A stretch of 64,000 nucleotides of DNA from Octopus vulgaris (taxonomy: Eukaryota). The notes under the pieces were generated by a model. It was given only the letters and a program-made list of their open reading frames with translations, made no database searches and was not told where the DNA came from. Position 1 is the first letter of the stretch. Every line of letters begins with the position of its first letter. The stretch lies in contig OX597817.1 in assembly GCA_951406725.2 (NCBI GenBank), forward strand, positions 48,670,001 through 48,734,000. The letters run 5' to 3'. Position numbers and translations under genes: made by a program. Positions 1 to 13,272 of this stretch are shown here, piece by piece.

Positions 1-534
1 TTTTTTGGTTGATGTGTTTAGAAATTTGATGCTGTTATTAAGGAGAAAGACGAATCTGACGGCGGGGTAGATATTATTTCAAGTTTCTCCATTTTGTTCA
101 TACGATAAAACGTGACGATATCATTCAGTATTGGTAGTTAAAATTTATCAAATAACAGAGGGTAAACACTCAGTTTATTTTAGTATCGTGTGCGTTTTAG
201 TTTTTCTTGCTTTTAAAATCTCATTTTAAGAGTAGGCGTCGATATGAAAGCTTTGAATGTCGCTATGAAATTGTTCATTTTATGCGTGTTATTCTGCTTA
301 TTTTTTTGCGCAGTAATCTGCCTCAGTTTTCTCTATATATCTATGGAAGTTGAACATGTATAAATAAGTAATGTTACAGTTTAACTCTTAAAACGAATAA
401 CGACTTTCCGTGACTAACTTCAATTGAAACGAATCCGTGTATGGACTTCTGTGCTGTATCTTTGTATGCATGTGTGCATGTATGTGCGTAAATCTGCTTC
501 TTTGAGTGTGTATGTATGTATGTATGTATGTATG

Positions 535-565
<31 letters not shown>

Positions 566-696
566 CGTATGTTTGCACTATATGCATACGCTTGCACGCG
601 TGTTTCGTTGCAACAGTATATTCGTGTATGTGCATCCCTGTGGAAATGTAAAGCTCTCATTGATTTTTACGTGATACATGCGCAGACACTGGTTAA

Positions 697-697
697 G

Positions 698-762
<65 letters not shown>

Positions 763-860
763 TATTATTATTGTTACTATTATTATCATTGTTACTATTA
801 TTATTAATATTATTACTATTATTATTATCATTATTATTATTATTATTACTACTATTACTA

Positions 861-922
<62 letters not shown>

Positions 923-938
923 GTTGTTGTTGTTGTTG

Positions 939-1024
<86 letters not shown>

Positions 1025-1042
1025 GTTATTATTATTATTATT
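697..1042. repeat. (ATT)n microsatellite with (GTT)n patch
   Basis: Direct reading; the poly-Ile and poly-Leu ORFs are artefacts of it. Confidence 0.95.
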
Positions 1043-1754
1043 GCAGTTTTGAAAGCTAACAAACTAATTACAAACGAAGAACTATTGTGATGATAGCGAA
1101 ACATGAAAACAAACAAACAAGCAATAACGATACACAAAATAGAATATTGTCACGTTCTTAACTCTGACAAAAAATAAATATAAAATTAATATATATATAT
1201 ATATATATATAAAAAGAAAGATAACTTTTAGGTTTTTTTCACTGGAAAACAACTTTTTCCCCCTAACTTCGTTGTTATTTCTTATTCATGGAAATGATAA
1301 GAAATAAGAAACGTAAACACAATCTCGAAGTTTCAGAAACACTGGAATGGTTCTTTCTACAAGCTTTTATTTTTCCATTCGTTTTTCCCATTTTTTTCCC
1401 TACTTAAACGTGTTTATAATGATCCCTTGCCCAACAGAAGCGACAACACCAGTAGATTGTTGCTTCACAAATAATGCGCGACTGATCTCAATATGACAGA
1501 GACTCATACAATATTCACATGTCATGGCTTAAGGGAACTAATAAAGTATGGTCGAAAAATAGAACCTGTCCAAGCTGAGTTTCCACAAGGTTCTTTTCAA
1601 AACGAAATGTGTAAACTGAATTGGCCTGAAATTGTTTACGTCAGACATAAAGGGATATTATGTTAGCAATGCTAGGCATGTCCATATGCCTACGAAGCTT
1701 CATTGCAACCGCGTTTTAGGCTTTGGCTCCACTGCGTAAGTGTCTTCTACAATA

Positions 1755-2533
1755 CCTATTTCTTTACTACCTACAAGGGGCTAAACACAGAGAGGACAAA
1801 CAAGGACACACAAACGGATTAAGTCGATTAGATCGACCCCAGAAATTGGTCCTTAATTTATCGACCCCGAAAGGATGAAAAGCCAAGTCGTCCTCGGCGG
1901 AATTTGAACTCGGTACGTAGCGGCAGACGAAATACCTATTTCTTTACTACCCACAAGGGGCTAAAGACAGAGAGGACAAACAAGGACAGAAAAACGGATT
2001 AAGTCGATTACATCGACCCCAGTAACTGGTCCTTAATTTATCGACCCCGAAAGGATGAAAAGCCAAGTCGACCTCGGCGGAATTTGAACTCGGTACGTAG
2101 CGGCAGATGAAATACCTATTTCTTTACTACCCACAAGGGGCTAAACACAGGGAGGACAAACAAAGACAGACAAACGGATTAAGTCAATTACATCGACCCC
2201 AGTGTTTCACTGGTACTTAATTTATCGACCCCGAAAGGATGAAGGCAAAGTCGACCTCGGCGGAATTTGAACTCAGAACGTAACGGCAGACGAAATACCT
2301 ATTTCTTTACTACCCACAAGGGGCTAAACATAGAGAGGACAAACAAGGACAGACAAACGGATTAAGTCGATTATATCGATCCCAGTGCGTAACTGGTACT
2401 TATTTAATCGACCCCGAAAGGATGAAAGGCAAAGTCGACCTCGGCGGAATTTGAACTCAGAACGTAACGGCAGACGATATACCGCTAAGCATTTCGCCCG
2501 ACGTGCTAACGTTTCTGCCAGCTCGCCGCCTTC
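1755..2533 (-). mobile_element. SINE family B (tRNA-like head, Nin/Deu-like domain): one head plus four tandem ~180-bp bodies
   Basis: Minus-strand head GGCGGCGAGCTGGCAGAAACGTTAGC and repeated GCCTTTCATCCTTTCGGGGTCGATAAATTAAGTACCAG-type motif. A 14-bp TSD TGTCTTCTACAATA lies at 1741-1754 and 2534-2547. It is nested in a decayed family-A SINE. Confidence 0.9.
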
Positions 2534-3396
2534 TGTCTTCTACAATAATCTCAGGTCAATGTTTTCTGCGTGAATTTGGTCGACGGAAAAGACACATTTT
2601 GCATTTTCTCTCTCCTAATCTGGCCTTTCTGTAGAAAAGCGTTGATTCGAACGTTAATGGCGTCTTCCAATACATCGACACTGGTGTCAAATTGTATCAA
2701 CCTTTCAATTACATTAACAGCGACGCCTTGAAGGAGGGAGATCTGCATGCATGGGTAATTGCTAGTCTTCTTCAAAAGTTATATCCAGGCCAGTGCATAT
2801 ACATGCAGATGCTGAGTAAAATCTGTCCGATATTCGATGGAAGTTCTATGTCTCAGCATAATGAAAAAGTTCATAAAAATATCATCTTCGAGCAGGAAAA
2901 AAAAACAAACTCTAACAAGGGTCTCAAATCGTTTCAATGAATAAACTGCTGGCAAAAGAAGAAGAACCAATTAAGAATGCCATTAAAAGATGCTGAGAAC
3001 AGACCTTCCCACCTCCAAGAAAACCACAGTTTTAGGAAAGAAAAACAACTAAATTTTTGGATCTCAAAATAGGGCCATTGTTTGAAGAAAGTGTCGTATT
3101 GTGTACTAAGTCGCACTATTTTGCACTTGGTTTTAACTGAAAAACCTGGGATGAAACCTATACACGGACAAAGCTAAAACTACGAAAGGGAAAAAATTGT
3201 ACAAAGATTTAACATAAAACTAGGGGTGTGATTTTTATGCAAGTAAATACGGTATTTCATGTACAGGCGATCTTCGTTGCTGTCTTTCTATTAGAGGATC
3301 TGAACTGTTTGGAAAACTCTGATATTACAGTCTGGAACGAAGAGTGGCGAGAAGCGTGACAAATTTATATTTTTAGTATCAACCAAAGCAAGGCTC

Positions 3397-3476
3397 TATA
3401 ACCTCACTTCCTCCTCCTGGTCCGACAAAAGCCTTGTGAGTGGATTTGGTAGACGGAAACTGACAGAAGCTCGTCG

Positions 3477-3538
<62 letters not shown>

Positions 3539-3735
3539 TGTGTTTGTCCCCCCAACATCGCTTGATAACCGATGCTGGTGTGTTTACGTCACCGTAACTT
3601 TGCGGTTCGGCAAAAGAGACAGACAGAATAACTACTAGTCTTACAAAGAATAAACCCTGGGGTTGATTTCCTCGACTAAAGGCGATGTTCCAGCATGGCC
3701 GCAGTCAAATGACCGAAACGAATAAAAGAATAATA
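3397..3735 (+). mobile_element. SINE family A (CORE-like), 5'-truncated
   Basis: GCCTTGTGAGTGGATTTGGTAGACGGAAAC, internal (TA)/(TG) tract, tail CCAGCATGGCCGCAGTCAAATGAC. Confidence 0.85.
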
Positions 3736-4429
3736 AGAATAGCTTTAGCTTTGCCCCAAGTTTATGTCCCATCCCAGTTATTTTTTTTTCTCAGTTGAAA
3801 TCAAATTTAAAATAGAGCGACTTGCACATACAAGTAAACATGGTTGTCACACAGTTTTCCCATACTGACCTCATTTGTGCGAAATCACCTCCGTTTAATT
3901 TTTCAGTGTGGTGCTAGTGATGCTGGAAAACGAAACAAGAGAAATAAACAACAAAAGAAAGACAAGAGAAATTCTTGACATCTCAAGCTTTTCACTCGGT
4001 GAAACTTCTGTTTGCATTCGGCCATTATCGCTAATAAAGTCAATAAGTCTTGATTTCATTGTTCGGATTATTTTTCCTGTGTGTCTTGTGACAAAGAAAC
4101 AGTTTTCTCCTATTTCGTTGCAGGTGTCGGTCTTTTCACCATTTTTCGTTTTCTGCATGTTGGAGATGGTATCACTTTTGTTGATGTAGACGTCATTATT
4201 TACCAATCTCGGAAGAGAGAAATAAAATACGTAAATAATCAAATAATCCTACTTTCTTTGTTTATTTTGGCGAGAATAAACTCCAAACCTTGTTCAAATA
4301 TCCTGTTGTATATAATAATCCAAATGGATTAATACAAGGAGTGGGGTGGGACTAAAGTGTATCAAGATGAACTAAAAAAGTAAAACTCGCCGTGTAAACA
4401 CATTTAAAATATACAAATAAATCGACAAA

Positions 4430-4497
<68 letters not shown>

Positions 4498-4511
4498 ATT
4501 CTTTCTTTCCT

Positions 4512-4542
<31 letters not shown>

Positions 4543-4912
4543 CTCTTTCTATCTGTGTGTAATATATATATGTATATATATATATGTATGTAATATATAT
4601 GTATATATAACATGTAATATATCATGTAATATATATTATATACACATGTATGTTTGTATGTGTGTATGTATGTATGCATGTATAATATATATGTATGTAT
4701 GTATATTTTATATATATATATACATATATATATACCATGTAATATATCATGCAATATATATCATATATACATGTATGCTTGTATGTATGTATGTATGTAT
4801 GTATGTATGTATGTATGTATGTATGTATGTATGTATGTATGTATGTATGCATGCATGTATGTATACATATATATGTGTGTGTGTAAAATACACACATGCA
4901 TATACATATGTA
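4430..4912. repeat. Compound microsatellite (CTAT)n/(CTTT)n/(TA)n/(TATG)n
   Basis: Direct reading. Confidence 0.9.
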
Positions 4913-5479
4913 CAGTCATGGGCAATGATTTTGGCAAATACCGTTTTTTTTTGTTATTTCGTATGAAATATCATGTGAATGTTAATAATTTTATATTATT
5001 TTAACCGGTTATCTGTTATCCAATAAGATTTGAAAGAAAAACTGCTGAAAACCAATAGATATTGCAAATAATCATCAATTTGCGGAATTGGTTATATTTC
5101 CTACAAGAAGTGGAAATCACATTCCTCTTCATGATTCCAAGTTGGAATCGCATGCAAGCTAATAATTAATAACCAGAACAATAGGTAAAGTTATATATGA
5201 TGTAATGAGCCTTTTGTAATTGAATGCTCTTTTGCTTTACACAAGCTTCAAATTTTCTTTTCTTTTATTGGAGGGATAATATTGGCACAAATAACAGAAA
5301 AGGCAAATAACGGCGGTGCATCAGCATGGCCGCGGCTCTGAGCTGAAACTAGAAACCCCCCCCCAAAAAAAACGTCAGTCATAATTTCTTTCGACCAAAA
5401 TGGCCTAACAACACGCGATATTGTTGTTAAAGGCATTGCATCTGAAAGAAATGTGTACAGGATTATAAAAACCTTTCAA

Positions 5480-6270
5480 AGAGACAGGATCCATGACGGT
5501 GAAGAAGGACCTTGGTCATCAACGTCTGTCCTCTGAGACAGAGCTTTGGTGTGAAATTCATTGAGGAATCGAAGTGCCGGCAGCTTGTTAAAGAGTGGGA
5601 ATCAGCCAGTGTCAACGCTTCAACGCGAACTGTTCCACAACTTCTTGACAATGGTCTCGCTTTACGGAGTGCTGCAAAGAAACCTTTTTTGTTCAAGAAA
5701 AACGTGAAGGACAGGCTTGTCTTTTGTAGAAAATATGAAAATTGGTCTAGTGAAAAATGGGACAAGGTGATTTTTCCAAATGAAGCACCATTTCATTGTT
5801 TGGGATATCTGGAAAAAGGCTCATTCTGAGGGCGACAAAAGGCGAACGCTATGATGAGGCCTGCATCGTACCCACGGTCAAGTATCCAGAAACCATTCAT
5901 GTGTGGTGTTGCTTTTCATCCAAGGACGTTGGATCACTGTCAGTTTTGCCGAAAAAAACTTCTATGAATTTCAAATGGCACCAAAATATCCTTGAAAACC
6001 ATCTCTTTCCAACCGTTGAGTGGCAGTTTGGCGAAGAAACTTACATTTTCCAATATGATGGAGCCATACTGCTAAAAAGATTGAAAAGTATCTTGGAGAT
6101 AAAGTATTGAAATTTTGGAGCCTTGGCCGGGAAATTCTCTAGATTTAAATCCTATTGAAAATTGTGGCTCATCGATAAAATCCGAGTTGACAGAGAAAAG
6201 CCAACTGATATTGAATAACCGAAAGCTCTCGTACAGCAAGAATGGAGGTCTGTAAACATAGAACTGACTC
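5480..6270 (+). pseudogene. Tc1-type DDE transposase, frameshifted
   Basis: AAKKPFL...WDKVIFPNE (WxxVIFSDE), PTVKYPETIHVWCCFS, FQYDGA (FQQDNA) and WPGNSLDLNPIEN motifs in shifting frames. Confidence 0.9.
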
Positions 6271-6313
6271 AGAACTGACTCATAAAATGTTTAATTAATA
6301 AATGCAAGATTAT

Positions 6314-6360
6314 ATAATGCTGATGAATTCTAAAACGAATGAAATGGTGCTATGCATGAT
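6314..6360 (+). ncRNA. Minimal type I hammerhead motif, probably inactive (G17)
   Basis: AUAAUG-CUGAUGA-AUUC(UAAAAC)GAAU-GAAA-UGGUGCUA-U-G-CAUGAU. It sits in a 123-bp insert between 40-bp direct repeats. Confidence 0.6.
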
Positions 6361-6719
6361 TACGAGAAATTTTAAGAACTTCATATGTAAAATGTACAGC
6401 AAAAATGGAGGTCTGTAAACATAGAACTGACTCTGTCATTGGTATCCAGTATGCCTAAAAAATCATGGATGTCTCTAATAATAGGGGTCGCCACTGCAAA
6501 TACTAAGACGAATAACTGTGTATCACGCCTTACTATTGTTCATATGGTTTAAGTGTTATTATTATTTGTTAATATGTTCGTACTCGCTCAAACGAATCAA
6601 CGTTTTGCCTGCATATTTATATATTTGTGCTGACAAATAACGCTTTTGCCAAAATCATTAGCCACAACATCAAATCAAATACAAATAGCAAAAATGAAAA
6701 GAAGAAAAAAACCCCAAAA

Positions 6720-6900
6720 CGAAGGTCCAAAGGAATTTCACAGGTTATATTGTTCGGTTGACGCTCAGATAACTAAAAGTTTATTGAGCAAAAAATATAA
6801 CGTTTCGGACATAGTCCTTTGTCGGATACTAAAAGAAAGACAAGAGAGTAAGGGAAATACAAGAGAGAAGCAAGTAGTAGTAAACGGACGTGGGTTAGAC
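6720..6900 (+). pseudogene. Possible pogo/CENP-B-type HTH remnant
   Basis: LSKKYNVSDIVLCRILKE resembles the N-terminal HTH of pogo/Tigger transposases; short and unverified. Confidence 0.3.
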
Positions 6901-7690
6901 TCACATGTACAACTACTTAGTACGATCAAAGAACATATAGCTTTAGCCACTTAATCATATCACGTGAGCATTTTCAGTATTAGGAAAAGTGAGAATCTTC
7001 TAAGTCCTCTTGACAGCTGCAGTTTATTATTACCTCCGCCTTCGCCAAGGCGGAGGTATTGTTTTCATTTGCGTTTGTTTGTCTGAACTGTTTTGTTTGT
7101 CCATGGATAAGATATCTTAAGAACAGCTGGATGGATTCGGATGAAACTTTCAGGAATGTCCGGCCTCGTGACTGGCACAAGCCGATTTGATTTTGGGATC
7201 GATCCGGTACCGGACAAGGATTCTGGATTATTTATCCTGCTTCTTTTTTTACTTAATTTTTGAGAGCAGTCGGGTTCAGTTTCAGTATTCTCGTTTGTGA
7301 GAGCAGACGAGATTGTTTCAGCTATTCTCATTTCAAAAATCCTCTCCCGCTAATCGTTGAGAGGACGTTGGTGTTGCTTTGGTGGAGGTTTGCGTTCTCT
7401 GAGTGCTCTTGTTGTTTCTACTTTTTGTTGTACAAATTTGTATTTCCAGATAATAGATAAGAACAGTATTTGAGAGTGTAGGCGTTTCACTGTAATTTTT
7501 CTACCATTTTATAAAAATTCATTTTCCTGCATTCGATAATTAAATGACTGTATCCTTTAAAATGCTTCAATCATTGCCACTCCCTTATTACAGGCTCTTA
7601 CTGCTCATCTCGCTAAATATTATGAAGAGAAAGTTATCCCCCTTTTAATAACTGTCCACAAGGGGATGTCGTGTATTTGAAAACGTTTGG

Positions 7691-7919
7691 CTCTTTTACT
7701 CTTTTACTTGTTTCAGTCATTTGACTGCGGCCATGCTGGAGCACCGCCTTTAGTCGAGAAAATCGACCCCAGGACTTATTCTTTGTGAGCCTAGTACTTA
7801 TTCTATCGGTCTCTTTTGCCGAACCGCTAAGTTACGGGGACGTAAACACACCAGCATCGGTTGTCAAGCGATGTTGGGTGGAGGGACAATCACAGACACA
7901 CAAACACGCACACACACAC

Positions 7920-7966
<47 letters not shown>

Positions 7967-8137
7967 CACACACATATATATGCGACGGGCTTCTTTCGGT
8001 TTCCGTCTACCAAATCCATTCACAAGGCTTTGGTCGGCCCGAGGCTTTAGTAGAAGACACTTGCCCAAGATGCCACGCAGTGGGACTGAACCCGGAACCA
8101 ATGGTAAGCAAGCTACTTGCCACACAGCCACTCCTGC
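7691..8137 (-). mobile_element. SINE family A, near full length
   Basis: Minus-strand head GCAGGAGTGGCTGTGTGG, B-box GGTTCAGTCC, CORE-like CTTGGGCAAGT, (TA)/(CA) tract and (AAAGAGT) tail. Confidence 0.9.
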
Positions 8138-8272
8138 GTTTAATATATTTGAATTGTATTTGTTCGTTGTTATAAAGGTTTACAAACTTATATAGACAAA
8201 TTTAAGTTTTGCTTTGGTTTGGAGTTTTAAAAATATTTTTTAATACATATTTATAGAACTTGTTTGATATGC

Positions 8273-8515
8273 TACTCTTTTTACTCTTACTCTTTACTCT
8301 TTTACTTGTTTCAGTCATTTGACTGCGGCCATGCTGGAGCACCGCCTTAATCGAGCAAATCGACCCCGGGACTTATTCTTTTGTAAGCCCAGTACTTATT
8401 CTATCGGTATCTTTTTGCCGAACCGCTAAGTAACGGGGACATAAACACACCAGCATCGGTTGTCAAGCAATGCTAAGGGGACAAACACAGACACACAAAC
8501 ACACACACGCACATA

Positions 8516-8563
<48 letters not shown>

Positions 8564-8727
8564 TACGACGGACTTCTTTCAGTTTCCGTCTACCAAATCC
8601 ACTCACAAGGCTTTGGTCGGGCCGAGGCTATAGTAGAAGACACTTGCCCAAGGTGCCACGCAGTGGGACTGAACCCGGAACCATGTGGTTGGTAAGCAAG
8701 CTACTTACCACACAGCCACTCCTGCGC
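8273..8727 (-). mobile_element. SINE family A, full length
   Basis: Same head, CORE-like motif and tail as the other copies. Confidence 0.9.
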
Positions 8728-9437
8728 TACACCAGTATTTTTTAACAAAGTAACCCGTATAAATTCAGATAAACCTTATGACGCTTCTCGTATTCTTTCT
8801 GCCCTGACATACATTTTGCGTCCTGCTACACAAAACGGCTAATAATTCCCGTCTAATGATTACAGTGACGGCACTTATTCGTTGAAACAGTGAAATATAT
8901 ACTTTCACTCATTAAATAAGTTTTACACCCTGATCTTCAGCAATCACCAACTCTGTTTCTCTCTTTAAATTTCCACTGCAGAACCACGCTCTGGGATATT
9001 GTAACAAGATGAGGACTTTGTAAGTAGTCGGATTCGTGCGGTAACACAATAAAAGCAATTGTCATTTTGCTTTTATAGAGGTAGGCCATATTTTCCTTGT
9101 CTATAAAACTTATATTTTTTTATTGAGGTTTCTTTATGTGGAAGGGGTCTCTTAGTGGTACTATTCACAAATTAGCGCAGATAATTTTGGGCAACCAAAT
9201 CATGTTTTTCTCCCTATTAAATCTGATTTTGTGTAACGGTTACTTCATATCGTAATATTTCTTCATTTTCATGAAATCGATCAAGAAATCCCTTAGGATC
9301 TTAATAAAATATTCAGAGATCAAATGTGTAATTAATGTGTTCTTAATAAATTCAGTTCCGTAATATCATTTATCGATTTTGTAATCCTAATGATGTCTAG
9401 AAGACATCTTTAAGGTTTGCATGATTGGTTTCGGTTT

Positions 9438-10167
9438 TGTGTGTGTACGCGTGCATGTATGTTTGTGTGTGTGTGTGTGTGTGTGTGCGTGTGAGTGTGT
9501 GCGCGCATGTGTGTGTGCGTGTGAATGTGTGCGTGAGTGTGTGCGCGTGTGTATGTGTATGTGTGTGTGGGTGGGTGTATGTGTGTGTGTGTGCGCGTGT
9601 GTATGTGTCCGTGTGTGTATGAGTGTGCGCGAGTATGTGTCTGTATGTGTGGCTGTATGTGCGTGCGTGTGTGTGCATGTGCGTATGTGTGCATGTGCGT
9701 GTGAGTGTTTGCGTGTGTGCCTGTGTATGTGTATGTACCTGTGTGCGTGGTTGTGTGCGCGCGTGTGAGTGCGTGTGTGTGCATGTGTGTGTGTATGTGT
9801 GTGTGTGGCCGTGTGTGTGTGTATGTGCGTGTGAGTGTGCGTGAGTGTGTGCGTGCGCGTGTGTATGTGTATGTGTCTGTGTGTGTGCGTGTGTGCGTGC
9901 GCGTGTATATATGTGTGTGTGTCCGTGTGTGTATGAGTGTGCGTGTGTGTGAATGTATCTCTGTGTGTGTCTGTGTGTATGAGTGTGCGTGTGTGTGTGT
10001 GTATGTATCTCTATGTGTGGCCGTGTGTGTGCGTGAGTGCGTGTGTATGCGTCTGTGTGTGTGTGTGACTGTGTGTGCGTGTGAATGTATGCGTGATTGC
10101 ATGCATGTGTGTGCGTGTGCATGTGCGTGTGAATGTGTGCATGTGTGTGTGCGCACGTGTGTGTGTG
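9438..10167. repeat. Degenerate (GT)n-rich low-complexity tract
   Basis: Direct reading; the His/Thr and Cys/Val ORFs are artefacts. Confidence 0.9.
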
Positions 10168-10428
10168 GCCCTCCAATAGAAACCCGAAGCTTTTGCCTAT
10201 ATCAGAAATCATCTTTTATTTCCATGCTAATAGCCACTTACTTGACCAGGATGGGAAGAAAGGAAAAAATAGAAAGAAAATATTATCGAAGATAAATAAT
10301 ATTTATTTCGCCGAAATAATAAATCATCCCCGATGTCAATTAGCTTGTTTGATTCTCTGTTATACATACGTATGTATACTACAAGTTGGAGGAACGTAGA
10401 AGCATTATAGACGCATGGTGTGAGTTCT

Positions 10429-10487
<59 letters not shown>

Positions 10488-11039
10488 CATATGTGCACTT
10501 GCGCGTATGTATACACGTGTGTGTGAGCTTTTTCTCTTTTGGCCTAATAATCATAACATTCACGAACCAGCAGTGGAAATATGTTTCAGAAATACATACA
10601 AGCTACGCCTAACTCCGATGACGCCTACCTAGAAGTATGTTTTTTCCCTTCAGCAAACCCATTGAGTATTTACCTAGCATATCCTGAATTATTAGCGTTA
10701 TTGTCGAGTTGGTTTACGTTCTGCGTAATGGTGTTGACTTGGGAAATATGGAGGTGATGCGGTTAGTTTGTGTCGTTTTACATTAGCTTATGTCTACACA
10801 GATAGCAATAAAGTCCTCTTTGATTTTATGTCATGGTAATTTCCTTTTCCATTCTGCCAACTTCCAATTATTTGTTCGTGGGTTTTACTTTTATTTCTCT
10901 CCTTCTCGGTTTCTGCATTTTTATTTATTTATCTATTTTTTTTTATTTATTTATTCATTTCAGCTATTTGTTGTTGTTTTTTTCTACTTCTTATTGGACT
11001 AAATATTTTACAATATCTACTGTATATTTTCGCCCTTAA

Positions 11040-11245
11040 AGTGCCAGAAGAAAATGCTTTGCAGTATTTCTTGCAGCTGTTTACGTTTTGTGTTCAAATC
11101 CAGCCAAGATCAACTTTGCCTTTCATCTTACTGGGGTCGATGAAGTAAGGAATCAGTCAAGTGCTGCGTGGTGGGGTGGGGGGAAGATGAAGCTATCGAT
11201 AAGACTCACTTCTCTTCAAAATTGATACATTTATGTCCAAGTCCA
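11040..11245 (+). mobile_element. SINE family B, old diverged copy
   Basis: CAACTTTGCCTTTCATCTTACTGGGGTCGAT matches the family B domain. Confidence 0.65.
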
Positions 11246-11250
11246 GAAAC

Positions 11251-11334
<84 letters not shown>

Positions 11335-11689
11335 TCCTTCGTAGCACAGTGTAAGCAAAAAATGCACCGGGGTCTTTAGTCATCTGTCAAGTCACAACAA
11401 GGAGCTCAGACAGATAATACTTTCTTTAAGATGTGCGTGATGAGCGGAGAAGCCTGGATTGAAAGCCGAACACCCCGGTTTGCAGCTGGTAAAAATATCG
11501 CAATATGCGGCACCTCAGCCGAGGGGCCTGTCACTGTGGATCAGGAAAATTGTCAAGCTGTATGGGCTTTTACCGACCCCTCTGTCCAGCTCCACTGTCA
11601 CGAAGGGAAGAACAGTTTGTAGGATTTTGACATTCAACTAGACAGGACATCTGAAAACCGAAGATCAAATATACATGGCATAAAAAAGA

Positions 11690-11975
11690 GAATGTCTCAT
11701 AACAGACGTTGCAATATTGCAGAGAAGGAAGTAGTAAGACCACAGAATCTATTAATTTAAGAGTCTAGAATGTAAGAATGTACGATAGCAAAAGTGAAAG
11801 TTGTGGCTGTTATCAACGGAGCATTACATAAACTTTCTCGGAAATAATTTTACCTACTGAAACAGTAAGACATTAAGCCAGATATCCAAGTGCTCCAAAC
11901 AACTTCTTGGACACAACTCATATTCTTTGGGAGGCACTTTTGGTCTAAGGTCTTTTGTTAAGGCTTGGAAGTTAG
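11690..11975 (+). pseudogene. 3' fragment of a restriction-like-endonuclease (R4/NeSL-type) non-LTR retrotransposon
   Basis: AEKEVVRPQNL...SRM...KVKVVAVINGAL...DIQVLQ resembles the REL C-terminus (EK..KY..L..E..RMW...VxPVVIGALG...LQ). Confidence 0.55.
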
Positions 11976-12024
11976 CATGAAGTATAAACAACAAAACCAT
12001 TATATTTTATCCATTATTCGTTCA

Positions 12025-12845
12025 GGTGGCAGGATCGGTAGCACATCCGACAAAATGCTCTGTGGCGTTTCTTCTGAATCTTAATGTTTCGAGTATAAAA
12101 AAGAATTCTACCGAGTTGCCGTTCATCCTTCCGAGGTCGATAAAATAAGTACCAGTTGAGCATTGGGGTGGAAGTAATCGACTAGAACCCTCCCCCGAAC
12201 TTCAGGCTTTGTGCCTATCGTAAGAAGAATTATTATTACTATTGCGAAGGCGGCGAGCTGACAGAAACGTTAGCACGCCGGGCGAAATGCTTAGGGGTAT
12301 TTCGTCTGCCACTACGTTCTGAGTTCAAATTCCGCCGAGGTCGACTTTGCCTTTCATCCTTTCGGGGTCGATTAAATAAGTACCAGTTACGCACTGGGAT
12401 CGATATAATCGACTTAATCCGTTTGTCTGTCGTTGTTTGTCCTCTCAGTGTTTAGTCCCTTGTGGGTAGTAAAGAAATAGGTATTTCGTCTGCCGCTACG
12501 TTCCGACTTCAAATTCCGCCGAGGTCGACTTTGCCTTTCATCCTTTCGGGATTGATTAAATAAGTACCTGTTACGCACTTGGGTCGATTTAATTGACTTA
12601 ATCTCTTTGTCTGTCCTTGTTTGTCCCCTCCATATTTAGCTCCTTGTGGGCAATAAAGAAATAAGAAATGTTAGCATGTTGGGAAAAATGCATATTGTTA
12701 TTTCGCCCGTCTTCACGTTGAGTTCAGATTTCGCCGAGGTCATCTTTGCCTTTCATTCTTTCGAGGTCGATAGAAGAAGTACCAGTCAAGTTTTGGGGTC
12801 GATGTAATCGACTAGCTCCATCTCCTCTACCGATAGTAGAAAGAT
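12025..12845 (+). mobile_element. Cluster of family B SINEs: one old copy, then a head plus tandem bodies from 12247
   Basis: Head AAGGCGGCGAGCTGACAGAAACGTTAGC at ~12247 and repeated Nin/Deu-like domains. Confidence 0.85.
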
Positions 12846-13064
12846 TTTTTGCAAGTCGATTCCCATATCCGTCAGTGAATGCATTTGGAGAATTAATGTT
12901 TTCTGTCCGTTTAACTGTTTGCCGTATTCGGTGTATTACAGTTTGGTTGTGCATCTTCTTTCGATATTACCTTAGATATTTTTTTTTAAATGTTGTTTGA
13001 TGAAGAAGAAAGAAGAACGGAGGTGGAAGAAACGTCACTTCATATTTACGAAAGCAAGATTTCT

Positions 13065-13164
13065 NNNNNNNNNNNNNNNNNNNNNNNNNNNNNNNNNNNN
13101 NNNNNNNNNNNNNNNNNNNNNNNNNNNNNNNNNNNNNNNNNNNNNNNNNNNNNNNNNNNNNNNN
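13065..13164. other. Assembly gap (100 N)
   Basis: Run of 100 N, probably a gap of unknown size. Confidence 0.99.
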
Positions 13165-13241
13165 GACTATAAGTCTGAGAATAGACACACGCACGCACAC
13201 GCACAGACACACAGACACACACACACACATACACACATGCA

Positions 13242-13272
<31 letters not shown>

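Larger units (their letters stand above)
4913..6670 (+). mobile_element. Decayed Tc1-family DNA transposon
   Basis: Imperfect TIRs (CAGTCATGGGCAATGATTTTGGCAAA after TA; TTTGCCAAAATCATTAGCCACAAC at 6645-6668) flank transposase remnants. Confidence 0.85.

Noticed and set aside
2880-3254. Pogo-like terminus (..GCAAGTAAATACGGTA)
   Set aside because: No matching second TIR or clear transposase motif found.
12996-13040. UUGAUGA...GAAACGUC hammerhead-like motif
   Set aside because: No stem I or stem II pairing.
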